Assembly: GCF_053078305.1 (NCBI RefSeq)
Contig: NZ_CP166879.1
DNA length: 64,000 nucleotides
Reading direction: 5' to 3' (one strand)
A model generated the notes under the pieces. The model was given only the letters and a program-made list of their open reading frames with translations. It made no database searches and was not told the DNA's origin. Shown here in pieces: positions 1 to 10,838 of this stretch. Positions within the stretch are counted from its first letter, which is position 1, and each line of letters opens with the position of its first letter. Both the position numbers and the translations under genes were made by a program.

Positions 1-128
1 AAGTGGAGCTGCTTGTTTATTTCGGTCAGCCTTCCTGGGCGCACTTCCCGTTCTACTTCAACAGTCAGACGCTGGAAATGGCGGACCGTGGCTCGATTGG
101 GCAACTGTTAGTCAATCCGGTACCGTAA
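1..128 (+). CDS. ftsP: 3' end of upstream CDS, probably cell-division multicopper-oxidase-like protein FtsP (SufI); partial
   Basis: Open frame from the window edge to TAA at 126-128 (…GSIGQLLVNPVP*); position upstream of ygiQ as in E. coli synteny. C-terminus recalled, not verified. Confidence 0.5.
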   Translation, partial: VELLVYFGQPSWAHFPFYFNSQTLEMADRGSIGQLLVNPVP

Positions 129-238
129 TCTTCATACTCGCCCGAGGAGGGCGAGTATGGAATACTTTTCGATTTCTCTTTCGTTCCGGCTTATAATCCC
201 CGGCCTTTGATTATTTTTTTATCATTTCTGGAAGCAAA

Positions 239-2458
239 ATGAGCTCTATCTCCCTGATCCAACCGGATCGCGACCTGTTCTCCTGGCCGCAGTACTGGGC
301 CGCCTGTTTTGGACCGGCACCGTTTTTGCCGATGTCTCGTGAAGAGATGGATCAACTTGGCTGGGATAGCTGCGACATCATTTTGGTAACAGGTGATGCA
401 TATGTTGATCACCCAAGCTTCGGGATGGCAATTTGCGGTCGTATGCTGGAAGCGCAGGGCTTTCGCGTTGGGATCATCGCCCAGCCGGACTGGAACAGCA
501 AAGACGACTTTATGCGTCTGGGCAAACCGAACCTGTTTTTCGGCGTTACCGCAGGCAACATGGACTCGATGATCAACCGTTACACTGCCGATCGCCGTTT
601 GCGTCATGACGATGCCTACACGCCAGATAACGTTGCGGGTAAGCGCCCGGATCGCGCCACACTGGTTTATACCCAACGTTGTAAAGAGGCGTGGAAAGAT
701 GTGCCGGTGATCCTCGGCGGTATTGAGGCTAGTCTGCGCCGTACCGCGCATTATGATTACTGGTCCGATACCGTACGCCGTTCAGTGTTGGTGGATTCCA
801 AAGCCGACATGCTGATGTTTGGTAACGGTGAGCGTCCGCTGGTGGAAGTGGCGCATCGTCTGGCGATGGGCGAGCCGATTAACGAAATCCGCGATGTGCG
901 CAATACCGCGATTATCGTGAAAGAGGCGCTGCCTGGCTGGAGCGGCGTGGATTCTACCCGTCTCGACACACCGGGAAAAATAGACCCAATTCCGCACCCG
1001 TATGGTGAAGATTTACCGTGCGCAGATAACAAACCAGTGGCGCCGAAAAAGCAGGAAGCCAAAGCCGTAACCGTGCAGCCACCGCGCCCGAAACCGTGGG
1101 AAAAAACCTACGTGTTGCTGCCTTCTTTCGAGAAAGTGAAGGGCGATAAAGTGCTGTACGCCCATGCTTCGCGCATTCTGCACCACGAAACCAACCCAGG
1201 CTGTGCCCGCGCATTGATGCAAAAACACGGCGACCGCTATGTGTGGATCAACCCGCCTGCTATTCCGCTTTCTACCGAAGAGATGGACAGCGTTTTTGCG
1301 CTGCCATACAAGCGCGTGCCACATCCGGCCTATGGCAATGCCCGTATTCCGGCTTACGAAATGATCCGTTTCTCGGTCAACATTATGCGCGGCTGCTTTG
1401 GCGGCTGCTCTTTCTGTTCTATCACCGAGCACGAAGGGCGCATTATTCAGAGCCGTTCCGAAGATTCGATCATTAATGAGATCGAAGCGATCCGCGACAC
1501 CGTTCCAGGTTTTACGGGCGTAATTTCCGATCTCGGTGGGCCAACTGCCAACATGTATATGTTGCGCTGCAAATCGCCACGCGCAGAACAAACCTGCCGT
1601 CGTTTGTCCTGCGTTTACCCGGATATTTGTCCGCATATGGACACTAACCACGAACCTACGATCAATCTCTATCGCCGCGCTCGCGATCTGAAAGGCATTA
1701 AAAAGATTCTGATTGCCTCAGGCGTACGTTATGACATCGCCGTGGAAGATCCGCGCTATATCAAAGAGCTGGCGACCCATCACGTCGGTGGTTATCTGAA
1801 GATTGCCCCGGAACATACCGAAGAAGGGCCGTTGTCGAAGATGATGAAGCCGGGCATGGGCAGCTATGACCGCTTTAAAGAGCTGTTCGATACTTACTCG
1901 AAACAGGCAGGTAAAGAGCAATATCTGATCCCGTATTTCATCTCTGCACATCCCGGTACGCGCGATGAAGATATGGTGAACCTGGCGCTGTGGCTGAAAA
2001 AGCATCGCTTCCGCCTCGACCAGGTACAGAACTTCTACCCGTCGCCGCTGGCCAACTCGACCACCATGTATTACACCGGCAAAAACCCGCTGGCGAAGAT
2101 TGGTTATAAGAGTGAAGACGTCTTTGTACCGAAGGGCGACAAGCAGCGTCGCTTACATAAAGCGTTGTTGCGTTACCACGATCCGGCAAACTGGCCGTTA
2201 ATTCGTCAGGCGCTGGAAGCGATGGGTAAAAAGCATCTGATCGGCAGCCGTCGCGATTGCTTAGTGCCTGCGCCAACCATTGAAGAGATGCGTGAAGCTC
2301 GTCGCCAGAACCGCAATACCCGTCCGGCGTTGACCAAACATACGCCGATGGCGACTCAGCGTCAGACACCTGCCACGGCAAAAAAAGTGCCGTCTATGCA
2401 ATCTCGTCCGGTGAATGCTGGTGCGAAGAAACGCCCTAAAGTAGCGGTTGGACGTTAA
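239..2458 (+). CDS. ygiQ: UPF0313 radical SAM protein YgiQ (739 aa)
   Basis: 739-aa ORF; radical SAM CxxxCxxC motif ([10 protein letters not shown]); N-terminus [16 protein letters not shown] as in YgiQ. Confidence 0.9.
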   Translation: MSSISLIQPDRDLFSWPQYWAACFGPAPFLPMSREEMDQLGWDSCDIILVTGDAYVDHPSFGMAICGRMLEAQGFRVGIIAQPDWNSKDDFMRLGKPNLFFGVTAGNMDSMINRYTADRRLRHDDAYTPDNVAGKRPDRATLVYTQRCKEAWKDVPVILGGIEASLRRTAHYDYWSDTVRRSVLVDSKADMLMFGNGERPLVEVAHRLAMGEPINEIRDVRNTAIIVKEALPGWSGVDSTRLDTPGKIDPIPHPYGEDLPCADNKPVAPKKQEAKAVTVQPPRPKPWEKTYVLLPSFEKVKGDKVLYAHASRILHHETNPGCARALMQKHGDRYVWINPPAIPLSTEEMDSVFALPYKRVPHPAYGNARIPAYEMIRFSVNIMRGCFGGCSFCSITEHEGRIIQSRSEDSIINEIEAIRDTVPGFTGVISDLGGPTANMYMLRCKSPRAEQTCRRLSCVYPDICPHMDTNHEPTINLYRRARDLKGIKKILIASGVRYDIAVEDPRYIKELATHHVGGYLKIAPEHTEEGPLSKMMKPGMGSYDRFKELFDTYSKQAGKEQYLIPYFISAHPGTRDEDMVNLALWLKKHRFRLDQVQNFYPSPLANSTTMYYTGKNPLAKIGYKSEDVFVPKGDKQRRLHKALLRYHDPANWPLIRQALEAMGKKHLIGSRRDCLVPAPTIEEMREARRQNRNTRPALTKHTPMATQRQTPATAKKVPSMQSRPVNAGAKKRPKVAVGR

Positions 2459-2463
2459 AAAAA

Positions 2464-2497
2464 ATCCCCGGCAACTGACATGCTGCCGGGGATTTTT
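2464..2497. terminator. Bidirectional intrinsic terminator between ygiQ and yqhH
   Basis: Perfect 8-bp stem ccccggca/tgccgggg, flanked by an A-run upstream and a T-run downstream. Confidence 0.6.
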
Positions 2498-2500
2498 TTA

Positions 2501-2758
2501 TCATTCTGCGTACATACGCAAGCAGCGCAGGCAATCAAAATAGTCCTGTGCATCAAGACGCGTATTGGCTCTGTTAGCTTCGGATTTGGCAGCATAGATT
2601 TGTGGGCGTAGTGCTTTCATATCCTGCTCAAGCCGGGCGATTTTGGCATTTAATGTTTGCACATTGCTCGCCAGCTGATTGACCTTTTGCTCATTGACGC
2701 AGCCACTGAGCACGCAGGTTGCCAGAACAACAGCTCCCACGGTGAAAATCGTTTTCAT
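2501..2758 (-). CDS. yqhH: Lpp-like small lipoprotein YqhH (85 aa)
   Basis: Signal peptide with lipobox LSGC; coiled-coil Lpp-like body. Confidence 0.8.
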   Translation of the reverse strand: MKTIFTVGAVVLATCVLSGCVNEQKVNQLASNVQTLNAKIARLEQDMKALRPQIYAAKSEANRANTRLDAQDYFDCLRCLRMYAE

Positions 2759-2806
2759 ATAGTGTTCCCTTTTTTATTGTTCCGGCTAATTGTTATTTAA
2801 TTCAGC

Positions 2807-3733
2807 TCATTGCTTTAATCTGGCGGCGGTTTTTGCCTCAATCTGCTTAAGTAGGCTGCCGCTGTTCGGGCGGATAAAATCAGCGATTTCCCACTTACCT
2901 TCGCGCCGTTGTAAAACCAGCTCTTGCTCTTCGTTGTTGCCATTGGTCAGCGTAAAACGAACATGAATGCGGGCGGAATCGGCGGTTTTCTCCAGGACTC
3001 GAATTTCATCAACGCGTGAAAATAGCGACTCTTCGCCAAAACAGATCGGATTGTCGTAAATAAATTGCCGTTCTATTTGCATATCTTCATCGGGATTGTT
3101 GGCCGCCTTGAAGGTGGTTTTATAGAAGGCATTAACCGCCTGGCGGTAAGAGTCGGAAACCACCCACGTCCACGGCCAGCTATAATCGGCAATATGTTCA
3201 AAGAGTTCGGCAACAAAGGCTTCCGGCTGTTCTTTTTGCAACGAAGCTAAAACGGCCAGCGTTTTTTCATTCTCGCTATTAACTGCTTGTAAAACGCTGC
3301 CATGATTGCTGACAATATCGTCAATGACCCAACGACCATTTTCCGCCACCATTTTCAGTGTCTGCGTGGTCTTTTCTTTATCATCTTTAAAGATACGAAA
3401 GCGCACAATGGCATCGGCATGATCGGCGTCAGTTTCGGTTATCGCTACGCTTTCTAGCACCAGATCGCCAAAATCCTGACAATCACAAACCGGATCATAA
3501 TCCAGCCAGCCAATATTGCCCGGCAGCGTAAGATTGTCGTTCAGGGTAAGCGCCTGTTGAATACGCGCAGAAGTTATCGCCCGCTCTCCGGTTTCACCAA
3601 AATAAGGGGCAGTGGCATCTGATTTATAGTTCTGATAAATATGCCGGACTGTTTGTTCTACGGTCTGTGAGGGGGGCTGTGCGTGTACGGTAAAACTTGC
3701 CAGGGCTGCTAAAAACAGAAGTATTATTTTCAT
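2807..3733 (-). CDS. yqhG: Periplasmic DUF3828 protein YqhG (308 aa)
   Basis: 308-aa ORF with N-terminal signal peptide (MKIILLFLAALASFTVHA); synteny. Confidence 0.8.
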   Translation of the reverse strand: MKIILLFLAALASFTVHAQPPSQTVEQTVRHIYQNYKSDATAPYFGETGERAITSARIQQALTLNDNLTLPGNIGWLDYDPVCDCQDFGDLVLESVAITETDADHADAIVRFRIFKDDKEKTTQTLKMVAENGRWVIDDIVSNHGSVLQAVNSENEKTLAVLASLQKEQPEAFVAELFEHIADYSWPWTWVVSDSYRQAVNAFYKTTFKAANNPDEDMQIERQFIYDNPICFGEESLFSRVDEIRVLEKTADSARIHVRFTLTNGNNEEQELVLQRREGKWEIADFIRPNSGSLLKQIEAKTAARLKQ

Positions 3734-3932
3734 CTGTTTTTCACCTCTCCGTTGCGTTTATCCCGGATATAGATGAGTTGTTCTTTTAAGAGCTTCCGGC
3801 TCTGCATGATGATGTCCTTATATTTGGTATTCCTGAACAAGGAAGAGTAACAACGGGCGGGACGCGAGGGGAATAAATGATTTCTGAAAAGTCCGGTAGC
3901 GGAACATTACCGCCACCGGGAGAATTTGCACG

Positions 3933-4760
3933 TTAGCCGCCGAACTGGTCAGGATCGGGACCGAGACGCTTGCCCTGATCGAGTTTTGCAATTTCGCCGA
4001 GTTCGTCTTTGTCGAGACGGAAATCCCAGACATCAAAGTTTTCGGCAATACGTGAAGGTGTGACCGATTTCGGGATCACCACCAGGCCGCTATCCAGATG
4101 CCAGCGGATAACAATCTGCGCCGGGGTTTTGCCGTATTTATCTGCCAGATCGCGAATGACTTTCTGATCGAAAACGCCTTTCCCTCCTTGCGCTAATGGG
4201 CTCCAGGATTCGGTCTGGATTTTGTGTGTCGCGTTCCAGGCGTGTAGCTGGCGTTGTTGCATCAGCGGATGAAGTTCGATCTGGTTTATCACAGGCGTCA
4301 CGCCAGTTTCATCAATCAGGCGTTGCAGGTGATGGATCTGGAAGTTGCACACGCCGATGCTTTTGATTAATCCCTCTTTTTGCAATTCGATCATGCCTTT
4401 CCATGCTTCGACATAATGGTCGATAGCGGGAACGGGCCAGTGCATTAAGTAGAGGTCGATATAATCAAGCTGTAGTTTTTTCAGGCTGTCGAGCAGGGCT
4501 TCGCGGGGGCGCTTGTGGTCGTCGTTCCACAGCTTAGTGGTGATGAACAGTTCTTCTCTGTTGACTGAGACATTTTTCAGGGCTTTGCCGACACCTTCTT
4601 CGTTCTTATAGGCCGCGGCGGTATCAATCGAGCGATAACCCACTTCTAACGCTTTTTGAATGGCGGTGATTACTTCCTCATTACTTGCTTGCCAGACGCC
4701 CAGTCCCAACTGGGGCATGACATTGCCATCCTGTAGCTTAATAACGGTTGGATTAGCCAT
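3933..4760 (-). CDS. dkgA: 2,5-diketo-D-gluconate / methylglyoxal reductase A (aldo-keto reductase), 275 aa
   Basis: AKR-family sequence; RBS ggagga upstream of the ATG; downstream of yqhD as in the yqhD-dkgA operon. Confidence 0.9.
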   Translation of the reverse strand: MANPTVIKLQDGNVMPQLGLGVWQASNEEVITAIQKALEVGYRSIDTAAAYKNEEGVGKALKNVSVNREELFITTKLWNDDHKRPREALLDSLKKLQLDYIDLYLMHWPVPAIDHYVEAWKGMIELQKEGLIKSIGVCNFQIHHLQRLIDETGVTPVINQIELHPLMQQRQLHAWNATHKIQTESWSPLAQGGKGVFDQKVIRDLADKYGKTPAQIVIRWHLDSGLVVIPKSVTPSRIAENFDVWDFRLDKDELGEIAKLDQGKRLGPDPDQFGG

Positions 4761-4864
4761 ACGTTCCTCCTTTATATGAACTCACCGGAGCAGGCTCCGG
4801 TGAGGTGTTGTGAACTTAAGTCTGGACGAAATGCCCGAAAACGAAAGTTTGAGGCGTAAAAAGC

Positions 4865-6028
4865 TTAGCGGGCGGCTTCGTATATACGGCGGCTGACATC
4901 CAGCGTAATGTCATGATTTTCGCCCAGTTGGGTCATGCCGTGCTCTTCCAGTTTTTTCAGCAAAGCCGGGATGGAGCTGCCGTCCAGACCGTAGTCGGAG
5001 AGGTGGGTAGGCACGCCTAATTGCTCAAAGAAATTGCGGGTTGCGGCAATCGCGGCGTCAATACGCTCATCGTCGGAACCTTCAGTGATGTTCCAGACGC
5101 GTTCAGCATATTGCAGCAGCTTAGCGCGCTTGGTATCGCGTTTTTCATTCCACAGTGCAGGCAGGACGATAGCCAGTGTTTGCGCGTGATCCAGACCGTG
5201 CATCGCAGTCAGTTCGTGGCCCAGCATATGCGTTGCCCAGTCCTGCGGTACGCCAGCGCCAATCAAACCGTTCAGCGCCTGCGTCGCCGCCCACATGACG
5301 TTGGCGCGCACATCGTAGTTTTCTGGCTCTTTCAGGGCTTTCGGACCATCTTCGATCAGCGTCAGCAAAATGCCTTCTGCGAAACGGTCCTGAATTTTGG
5401 CATCAACCGGTTTGGTAACATACTGTTCCACGGTGTGTACAAAGGCGTCCACTACGCCGTTAGCCACCTGACGCGGCGGCAGGGTGTAGGTATAAACCGG
5501 ATCGAGCACGGCAAATATCGGCTGAACATGGGCAGAATGGAACGCCTGCTTGTCGCCTGTGGTTTTACGGGAGATCACCGCACCGGCGTTGGATTCTGAA
5601 CCGGTTGCTGGCAGCGTCAGCACACAGCCCATCGGGATGGCGCTTTTAATCTCTTTACCGCCCGTTTGCAGAATGTGCCACGGATCGATATTTTCCGGAT
5701 AGTTAGCCGCTGCGGCGATAAATTTGGTGCCGTCCAGTACAGAACCGCCGCCAACCGCCAGCAGGAAAGTCACTTTCTGTTCGCGAACCAGTTTCACGGC
5801 GTTCATCAGCGTTTCATAAGCCGGGTTTGGCTCAATACCGCCAAATTCCAGCACGTCCATGCCTTTCAGGGCATCCAGAACTTGATCGAGAACGCCGGTT
5901 TTTTTCACGCTGCCGCCACCGTAGGTAATCAATACGCGAGCATCGTGAGGAATTTGTTCGCGTAAACCAGCGATTGCGCCTTTACCAAACAGAATGCGGG
6001 TTGGGGTGTGCAGATTAAAGTTGTTCAT
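4865..6028 (-). CDS. yqhD: NADPH-dependent aldehyde reductase YqhD (iron-containing alcohol dehydrogenase family), 387 aa
   Basis: Start placed at [17 protein letters not shown] with RBS agggag; the track ORF is extended 8 codons upstream. Confidence 0.9.
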   Translation of the reverse strand: MNNFNLHTPTRILFGKGAIAGLREQIPHDARVLITYGGGSVKKTGVLDQVLDALKGMDVLEFGGIEPNPAYETLMNAVKLVREQKVTFLLAVGGGSVLDGTKFIAAAANYPENIDPWHILQTGGKEIKSAIPMGCVLTLPATGSESNAGAVISRKTTGDKQAFHSAHVQPIFAVLDPVYTYTLPPRQVANGVVDAFVHTVEQYVTKPVDAKIQDRFAEGILLTLIEDGPKALKEPENYDVRANVMWAATQALNGLIGAGVPQDWATHMLGHELTAMHGLDHAQTLAIVLPALWNEKRDTKRAKLLQYAERVWNITEGSDDERIDAAIAATRNFFEQLGVPTHLSDYGLDGSSIPALLKKLEEHGMTQLGENHDITLDVSRRIYEAAR

Positions 6029-6164
6029 TACTTGCTCCCTTTGCTGGGCCAATATGAGGGCAGAGAACGATCTGCCTGATGTTTTTCATTGTGATCGCCA
6101 GCGCCCTGGCTCTCAATGCTTATTTCTGCCAATGTCTTGCCTATTTCTCCAGAGTGCTGGAGAA

Positions 6165-7121
6165 ATGCTACAAAATTGCGCACAATCAAATTGCCGCATT
6201 ATTCCTAAGAAATTACGCGATATGAAACGTGAAGAGATTTGCCGCTTGCTGGCGGATAAAGTTAATAAACTGAAAAATAAAGAAAATAGTTTGTCAGAAC
6301 TGTTGCCCGATGTGCGTTTGTTGTATGGCGAGACGCCTTTCGCACGTACACCGGTGATGTACGAGCCTGGCATCATAATTCTCTTTTCCGGACATAAAAT
6401 CGGTTATATCAATGAACGCGTGTTTCGTTATGATGCCAATGAATACCTGCTGCTGACGGTGCCGTTGCCGTTTGAGTGCGAAACCTATGCCACGTCAGAG
6501 CTGCCGCTGGCAGGGTTGCGTCTCAATGTCGATATTTTGCAGTTACAGGAACTGTTGATGGACATTGGCGAAGATGAGCATTTCCAGCCGTCGATGGCAG
6601 CCAGCGGGATTAACTCCGCCACGTTATCAGAAGAGATTTTATGCGCGGCGGAGCGGTTACTCGACGTGATGGAGCGACCACTGGATGCGCGTATTCTCGG
6701 CAAACAGATCATCCGCGAAATTCTGTACTACGTGCTGACCGGACCTTGCGGCGGCGCGTTACTGGCGCTGGTCAGTCGCCAGACTCACTTCAGTCTGATT
6801 AGCCGCGTGCTGAAACGGATTGAGAATAAATACACCGAAAACCTGAGCGTCGAGCAACTGGCGGCAGAAGCCAATATGAGCGTATCTGCGTTCCACCATA
6901 ATTTTAAGTCTGTCACCAGCACCTCGCCGTTGCAGTATTTGAAGAATTACCGTCTGCATAAGGCGCGGATGATGATCATCCATGACGGCATGAAGGCCAG
7001 CGCAGCAGCGATGCGCGTCGGCTATGAAAGCGCATCGCAATTTAGCCGTGAGTTTAAACGTTACTTCGGTGTGACGCCGGGGGAAGATGCGGCAAGAATG
7101 CGGGCGATGCAGGGGAATTAA
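6165..7121 (+). CDS. yqhC: AraC-family transcriptional activator YqhC (318 aa)
   Basis: Start placed at [10 protein letters not shown]-terminal AraC-type helix-turn-helix region; divergent from yqhD. Confidence 0.85.
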   Translation: MLQNCAQSNCRIIPKKLRDMKREEICRLLADKVNKLKNKENSLSELLPDVRLLYGETPFARTPVMYEPGIIILFSGHKIGYINERVFRYDANEYLLLTVPLPFECETYATSELPLAGLRLNVDILQLQELLMDIGEDEHFQPSMAASGINSATLSEEILCAAERLLDVMERPLDARILGKQIIREILYYVLTGPCGGALLALVSRQTHFSLISRVLKRIENKYTENLSVEQLAAEANMSVSAFHHNFKSVTSTSPLQYLKNYRLHKARMMIIHDGMKASAAAMRVGYESASQFSREFKRYFGVTPGEDAARMRAMQGN

Positions 7122-7125
7122 ATAC

Positions 7126-7149
7126 GTTCCCGGTACAGCAACCGGGAAC
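7126..7149. terminator. Convergent-gene hairpin between yqhC and yghB (putative bidirectional terminator)
   Basis: Perfect 8-bp stem gttcccgg/ccgggaac with 8-nt loop; weak U-tract. Confidence 0.4.
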
Positions 7150-7160
7150 AGGGAAAATCG

Positions 7161-7820
7161 TCAGGCGTTACAGTATTTTTTTTTAATCACCACAAACAGC
7201 GTGCCTAACAAGCCAGCGGTTAACAAGGCAATTGGCAGGATCATCAGGAACGTCATTACCTGATCTTCATGGCGTTTAACGAACGGAATCATACTTAAGG
7301 CATAGCCGAAACTGGTTACCACGCTGACCCACAGCAATCCGCTTAACCAGTTGAAAAACTGGAAACGGCGGTTTGGCAGACCGGAAATTCCCGCCATGGT
7401 TGGCAGCAGCGTACGGACAAATGCAAGAAAACGTCCAGCCAGCAGCGCCAGCAGACCGTGGCGGTCAAACATGCAGGTGGCGCGCTGATGATATTTAGCA
7501 GGAAGCTGTGCCAGCCAGCCTTTCACCGTTTTGGTATTCCCTAACCAGCGCCCCTGAATATAACTTAGCCAGCAGCCCAGACTTGCTGCGGCGGTCAGAA
7601 TCGCAATCGTAGGCAGAAAATCCATAACCCCCTGGGCAATCAATGCGCCAGCCAATATCAACAAGCTGTCGCCTGGCAAAAATGAGGCGGGCAGCAGGCC
7701 GTTTTCTAAAAACAGCGTGGCAAACATGACAAAGTAAACAACGCTAACAATATGAGGATCCGCCAGCGCGGCAAAGTCGTGTTGCCAGAGCGCAGCGATG
7801 ATATCTTGAATAACAGCCAT
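7161..7820 (-). CDS. yghB: DedA-family inner membrane protein YghB (219 aa)
   Basis: 219-aa polytopic membrane ORF; synteny next to metC. Confidence 0.85.
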
Positions 7821-7959
7821 GGACTTTCCTGTGGAACAGCGTTTAAGCCTTTATCTGCCTATTGTACTCCTGAATCGTCCGGGACGCCTTGATCCCGGAC
7901 GCAACAATTTAAGACTTTTCACAATAAAATGTCTGCAAAATTGTCCAAAAGTGGCAATG

Positions 7960-9147
7960 TTATACAATCCGCGCAAAACCGGCGTCCAGATCGGCAATCA
8001 GATCGTCGACATCTTCCAGACCAATATGCAGGCGAATCAAGGTCCCGCTAAAATCGATCTCGCCTTGTGGGCGAATGGCTGCGATATGTTCTGGTTGATT
8101 TGCCAGGATCAACGATTCATACCCGCCCCACGAGTAGGCCATGCTGAATAAACTGAAGTTATCCAGATAGTTCGCCAGCTCTTCATCATTGAGTTTTTTC
8201 TTAAGCACAAAGGAAAATAGCCCGCTGCTGCCTGTAAAGTCTCGTTTCCAGAATTCGTGTCCTTTACTGCCAGGCAGGGCAGGGTGGTTAACTCGCGCAA
8301 CTTGCGGATGTTCTGCCAGCCATTCGGCCACTTTCAGACTGCTTTCATGATGTTGACGCAAACGCACACCTAATGTGCGCAGGCCACGGCTGGTTATATA
8401 GGCGGTATCGGCATCGACCATCTGGCCCATCAGATAGGCATTTTCCCGTAGCTGCTCCCAGCAACGGGCATTGCACACGGCAGTGCCAATCATCGCATCT
8501 GAATGCCCAACCAGATATTTTGTGGCGGCCTGGATAGAAACATCGATGCCAAAATCCAGCGCCTTAAACAGCACACCGGCTGCCCAGGTGTTGTCGATCA
8601 TAATGATGGCATCCGGCACCACACTGCGCACGGCGGCAACAATCGCCGGAACGTCGTGGACTTCCATAGTGATGGAACCCGGCGATTCCAGAAACACGAT
8701 TTTAGTGTTTGGCTGCAGATGCTTAACGATATCGGCACCAATCAGCGGATCAAACCACGATGTCGTTACGCCCAGTTTGCTGAGGATTTTGCTACAGAAA
8801 TCCTGACTCGGTTCATAGGCGGTGTTGGTCATCAACACATGATCGCCCTGTTCGACAAAAGCAAGAATCGAATTAGCAACCGCTGCCGCCCCGCAGGGAA
8901 ATAGCGCGCAGCCTGCGCCACCTTCCAGTTCACACATCGCTTGTTGTAAGGAAAAATGGGTTAACGTTCCGCGCCGTCCATAGAACAACTCGCCATTGGC
9001 GCGATTGCGCGTCGCGTGCTTTTTGGCTTCCATACTCTCAAATACCAGCGAAGAAGCGCGCTGAATCACGCTATTTACCGCGCCGAGAGTGTATTTTTTG
9101 CTGCGTCCTGCATTCACCAGTTGAGTATCAAGCTTTTTGTCCGCCAT
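7960..9147 (-). CDS. metC: Cystathionine beta-lyase MetC (395 aa)
   Basis: Start placed at [22 protein letters not shown]-enzyme body; the track ORF is extended 45 codons upstream. Confidence 0.9.
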   Translation of the reverse strand: MADKKLDTQLVNAGRSKKYTLGAVNSVIQRASSLVFESMEAKKHATRNRANGELFYGRRGTLTHFSLQQAMCELEGGAGCALFPCGAAAVANSILAFVEQGDHVLMTNTAYEPSQDFCSKILSKLGVTTSWFDPLIGADIVKHLQPNTKIVFLESPGSITMEVHDVPAIVAAVRSVVPDAIIMIDNTWAAGVLFKALDFGIDVSIQAATKYLVGHSDAMIGTAVCNARCWEQLRENAYLMGQMVDADTAYITSRGLRTLGVRLRQHHESSLKVAEWLAEHPQVARVNHPALPGSKGHEFWKRDFTGSSGLFSFVLKKKLNDEELANYLDNFSLFSMAYSWGGYESLILANQPEHIAAIRPQGEIDFSGTLIRLHIGLEDVDDLIADLDAGFARIV

Positions 9148-9165
9148 GTCGGGATTCCTGTTTTT

Positions 9166-9181
9166 ATACGTCTGGATGTCT
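9166..9181 (-). promoter_or_regulatory. Two tandem MetJ-box-like octamers (AGACATCC AGACGTAT) just upstream of the metC RBS
   Basis: Minus-strand reading of atacgtctggatgtct gives two adjacent 8-mers close to the met-box consensus AGACGTCT; metC is a MetJ regulon member. Confidence 0.4.
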
Positions 9182-9398
9182 AAACTAGCATGAATATTCG
9201 CGGGCGCATCCTGAAGAATTGGCATAAAGCAGAAAATTTTCGCAAATGGCGTGCTGGTGACTTTTTTACTGCGTAAACGCAAGGAAAAGAAAGCAAAGGT
9301 ACGGCAGTATGCAAATAGTAATGAGAACGACTATCAATTCGACGTCGTTTTGATATTATTATGCGCAGATTTTGTGACTTGCGTCCTGGAGATACACA

Positions 9399-10133
9399 GT
9401 GGGTAATAATTTAATGCAGACGGACCTTTCCGTCTGGGGTATGTATCAGCACGCTGATATTGTCGTTAAGTGCGTGATGATTGGGCTTATTTTGGCCTCC
9501 GTAGTCACTTGGGCAATCTTCTTCAGTAAGAGCGTAGAGTTCTTCAATCAGAAGCGTCGCCTTAAGCGCGAGCAGCAACTGCTGGCTGAAGCGCGTTCCT
9601 TAAACCAGGCCAACGATATCGCCGCTGATTTTGGTAGCAAAAGCTTAAGCCTGCATTTGCTCAATGAAGCGCAGAATGAGCTGGAACTGTCAGAAGGCAG
9701 CGACGATAACGAAGGTATTAAAGAACGTACCAGCTTCCGTCTGGAGCGTCGGGTCGCCGCAGTAGGTCGTCAAATGGGCCGCGGTAACGGCTATCTGGCA
9801 ACCATCGGCGCGATTTCGCCGTTCGTTGGTCTGTTTGGTACGGTCTGGGGCATCATGAACAGCTTTATTGGTATCGCGCAAACGCAGACTACTAACCTGG
9901 CAGTCGTTGCGCCGGGTATCGCAGAAGCTCTGTTAGCAACGGCAATCGGTCTGGTGGCAGCGATTCCGGCGGTCGTTATCTATAACGTATTCGCGCGTCA
10001 GATTGGCGGCTTTAAAGCGATGCTGGGTGATGTCGCAGCGCAGGTATTGTTGCTGCAAAGCCGTGACCTGGATCTGGAAGCCAGCGCCGCTGCGCATCCG
10101 GTTCGTGTCGCACAAAAATTACGTGCAGGATAA
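9399..10133 (+). CDS. exbB: TonB-system energiser ExbB (244 aa)
   Basis: MGNNLMQTDLSVWGMYQHAD N-terminus; MotA/TolQ/ExbB-type membrane protein; GTG start. Confidence 0.9.
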   Translation: MGNNLMQTDLSVWGMYQHADIVVKCVMIGLILASVVTWAIFFSKSVEFFNQKRRLKREQQLLAEARSLNQANDIAADFGSKSLSLHLLNEAQNELELSEGSDDNEGIKERTSFRLERRVAAVGRQMGRGNGYLATIGAISPFVGLFGTVWGIMNSFIGIAQTQTTNLAVVAPGIAEALLATAIGLVAAIPAVVIYNVFARQIGGFKAMLGDVAAQVLLLQSRDLDLEASAAAHPVRVAQKLRAG

Positions 10134-10139
10134 TGTCCG

Positions 10140-10565
10140 ATGGCAATGCATCTTAACGAAAACCTCGACGATAACGGCGAAATGCATGATATCAACGTGA
10201 CGCCGTTTATCGACGTGATGTTGGTTCTGCTGATTATCTTTATGGTGGCGGCACCGTTAGCGACGGTAGATGTGAAGGTTAACTTGCCTGCTTCTACCAG
10301 CACGCCGCAGCCGCGCCCGGAAAAACCGGTTTATCTGTCGGTGAAGGCAGACAACTCGATGTTTATCGGTAACGATCCGGTCACCGATGAAACAATGATT
10401 ACGGCGTTGAATGCGTTAACCGAAGGTAAGAAAGACACCACCATCTTCTTCCGTGCAGATAAGACCGTCGACTATGAGATGTTGATGAAGGTAATGGATA
10501 AGCTGCATCAGGCGGGTTACCTGAAGATAGGTCTGGTCGGCGAAGAAACCGCCAAAGCGAAGTAA
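10140..10565 (+). CDS. exbD: TonB-system protein ExbD (141 aa)
   Basis: 141-aa ORF immediately after exbB; single TM helix then periplasmic domain. Confidence 0.9.
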   Translation: MAMHLNENLDDNGEMHDINVTPFIDVMLVLLIIFMVAAPLATVDVKVNLPASTSTPQPRPEKPVYLSVKADNSMFIGNDPVTDETMITALNALTEGKKDTTIFFRADKTVDYEMLMKVMDKLHQAGYLKIGLVGEETAKAK

Positions 10566-10573
10566 AGTAGAAT

Positions 10574-10790
10574 TGCCTGATGCGCTACGCTCATCAGGCC
10601 TACAAAATCTATTGCAACATGTTGAATCTTCGTGCGTTTGTAGGCCGGATAAGGCGTTCACGCCGCATCCGGCATTAGGTGCTCAATGCCTGATGCGCTA
10701 CGCTTATCAGGCCTACAAAATCTATTGCAACATGTTGAATCTTCATGCGTTTGTAGGCGGATAAGGCGTTTTCGCCACATCAGGTAAGAG
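10574..10790. repeat. REP/BIME cluster: tandem duplication of a ~113-bp unit carrying palindromic REP sequences
   Basis: Two near-identical copies (units start 10574 and 10687) each containing tgcctgatgcgctacgc…caggcctacaaa and gtaggccggataaggcg…gccgcatccggc palindromes. Confidence 0.7.
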
Positions 10791-10805
10791 TGAATTCACA
10801 ATGAT

Positions 10806-10838
10806 GCCCGGTTGCTTTTCACAACCGGGCATTTTTTT
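10806..10838 (+). terminator. Intrinsic terminator after the exbBD / REP region
   Basis: 9-bp stem gcccggttg/caaccgggc followed by a run of 7 T. Confidence 0.6.

Noticed and set aside
191..751. 186-aa minus-strand ORF overlapping the ygiQ start region
   Set aside because: It is antisense to the 5' end of ygiQ and spans the ftsP-ygiQ intergenic region; no support.
5021..5599. 192-aa ORF antisense to yqhD
   Set aside because: It overlaps the well-supported yqhD coding frame on the opposite strand and has no independent signals.
4865..6052. 395-aa version of yqhD starting MAQQREQV
   Set aside because: The ATG at 6028 with RBS agggag gives the canonical MNNFNLHTP start; the upstream extension lacks an RBS.
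10573..10764. 63-aa ORF and tandem direct repeats that could be mistaken for a CRISPR array
   Set aside because: The repeats are ~113-bp palindromic REP units without uniform unique spacers, and no cas genes are nearby. This is a REP/BIME cluster, not CRISPR.
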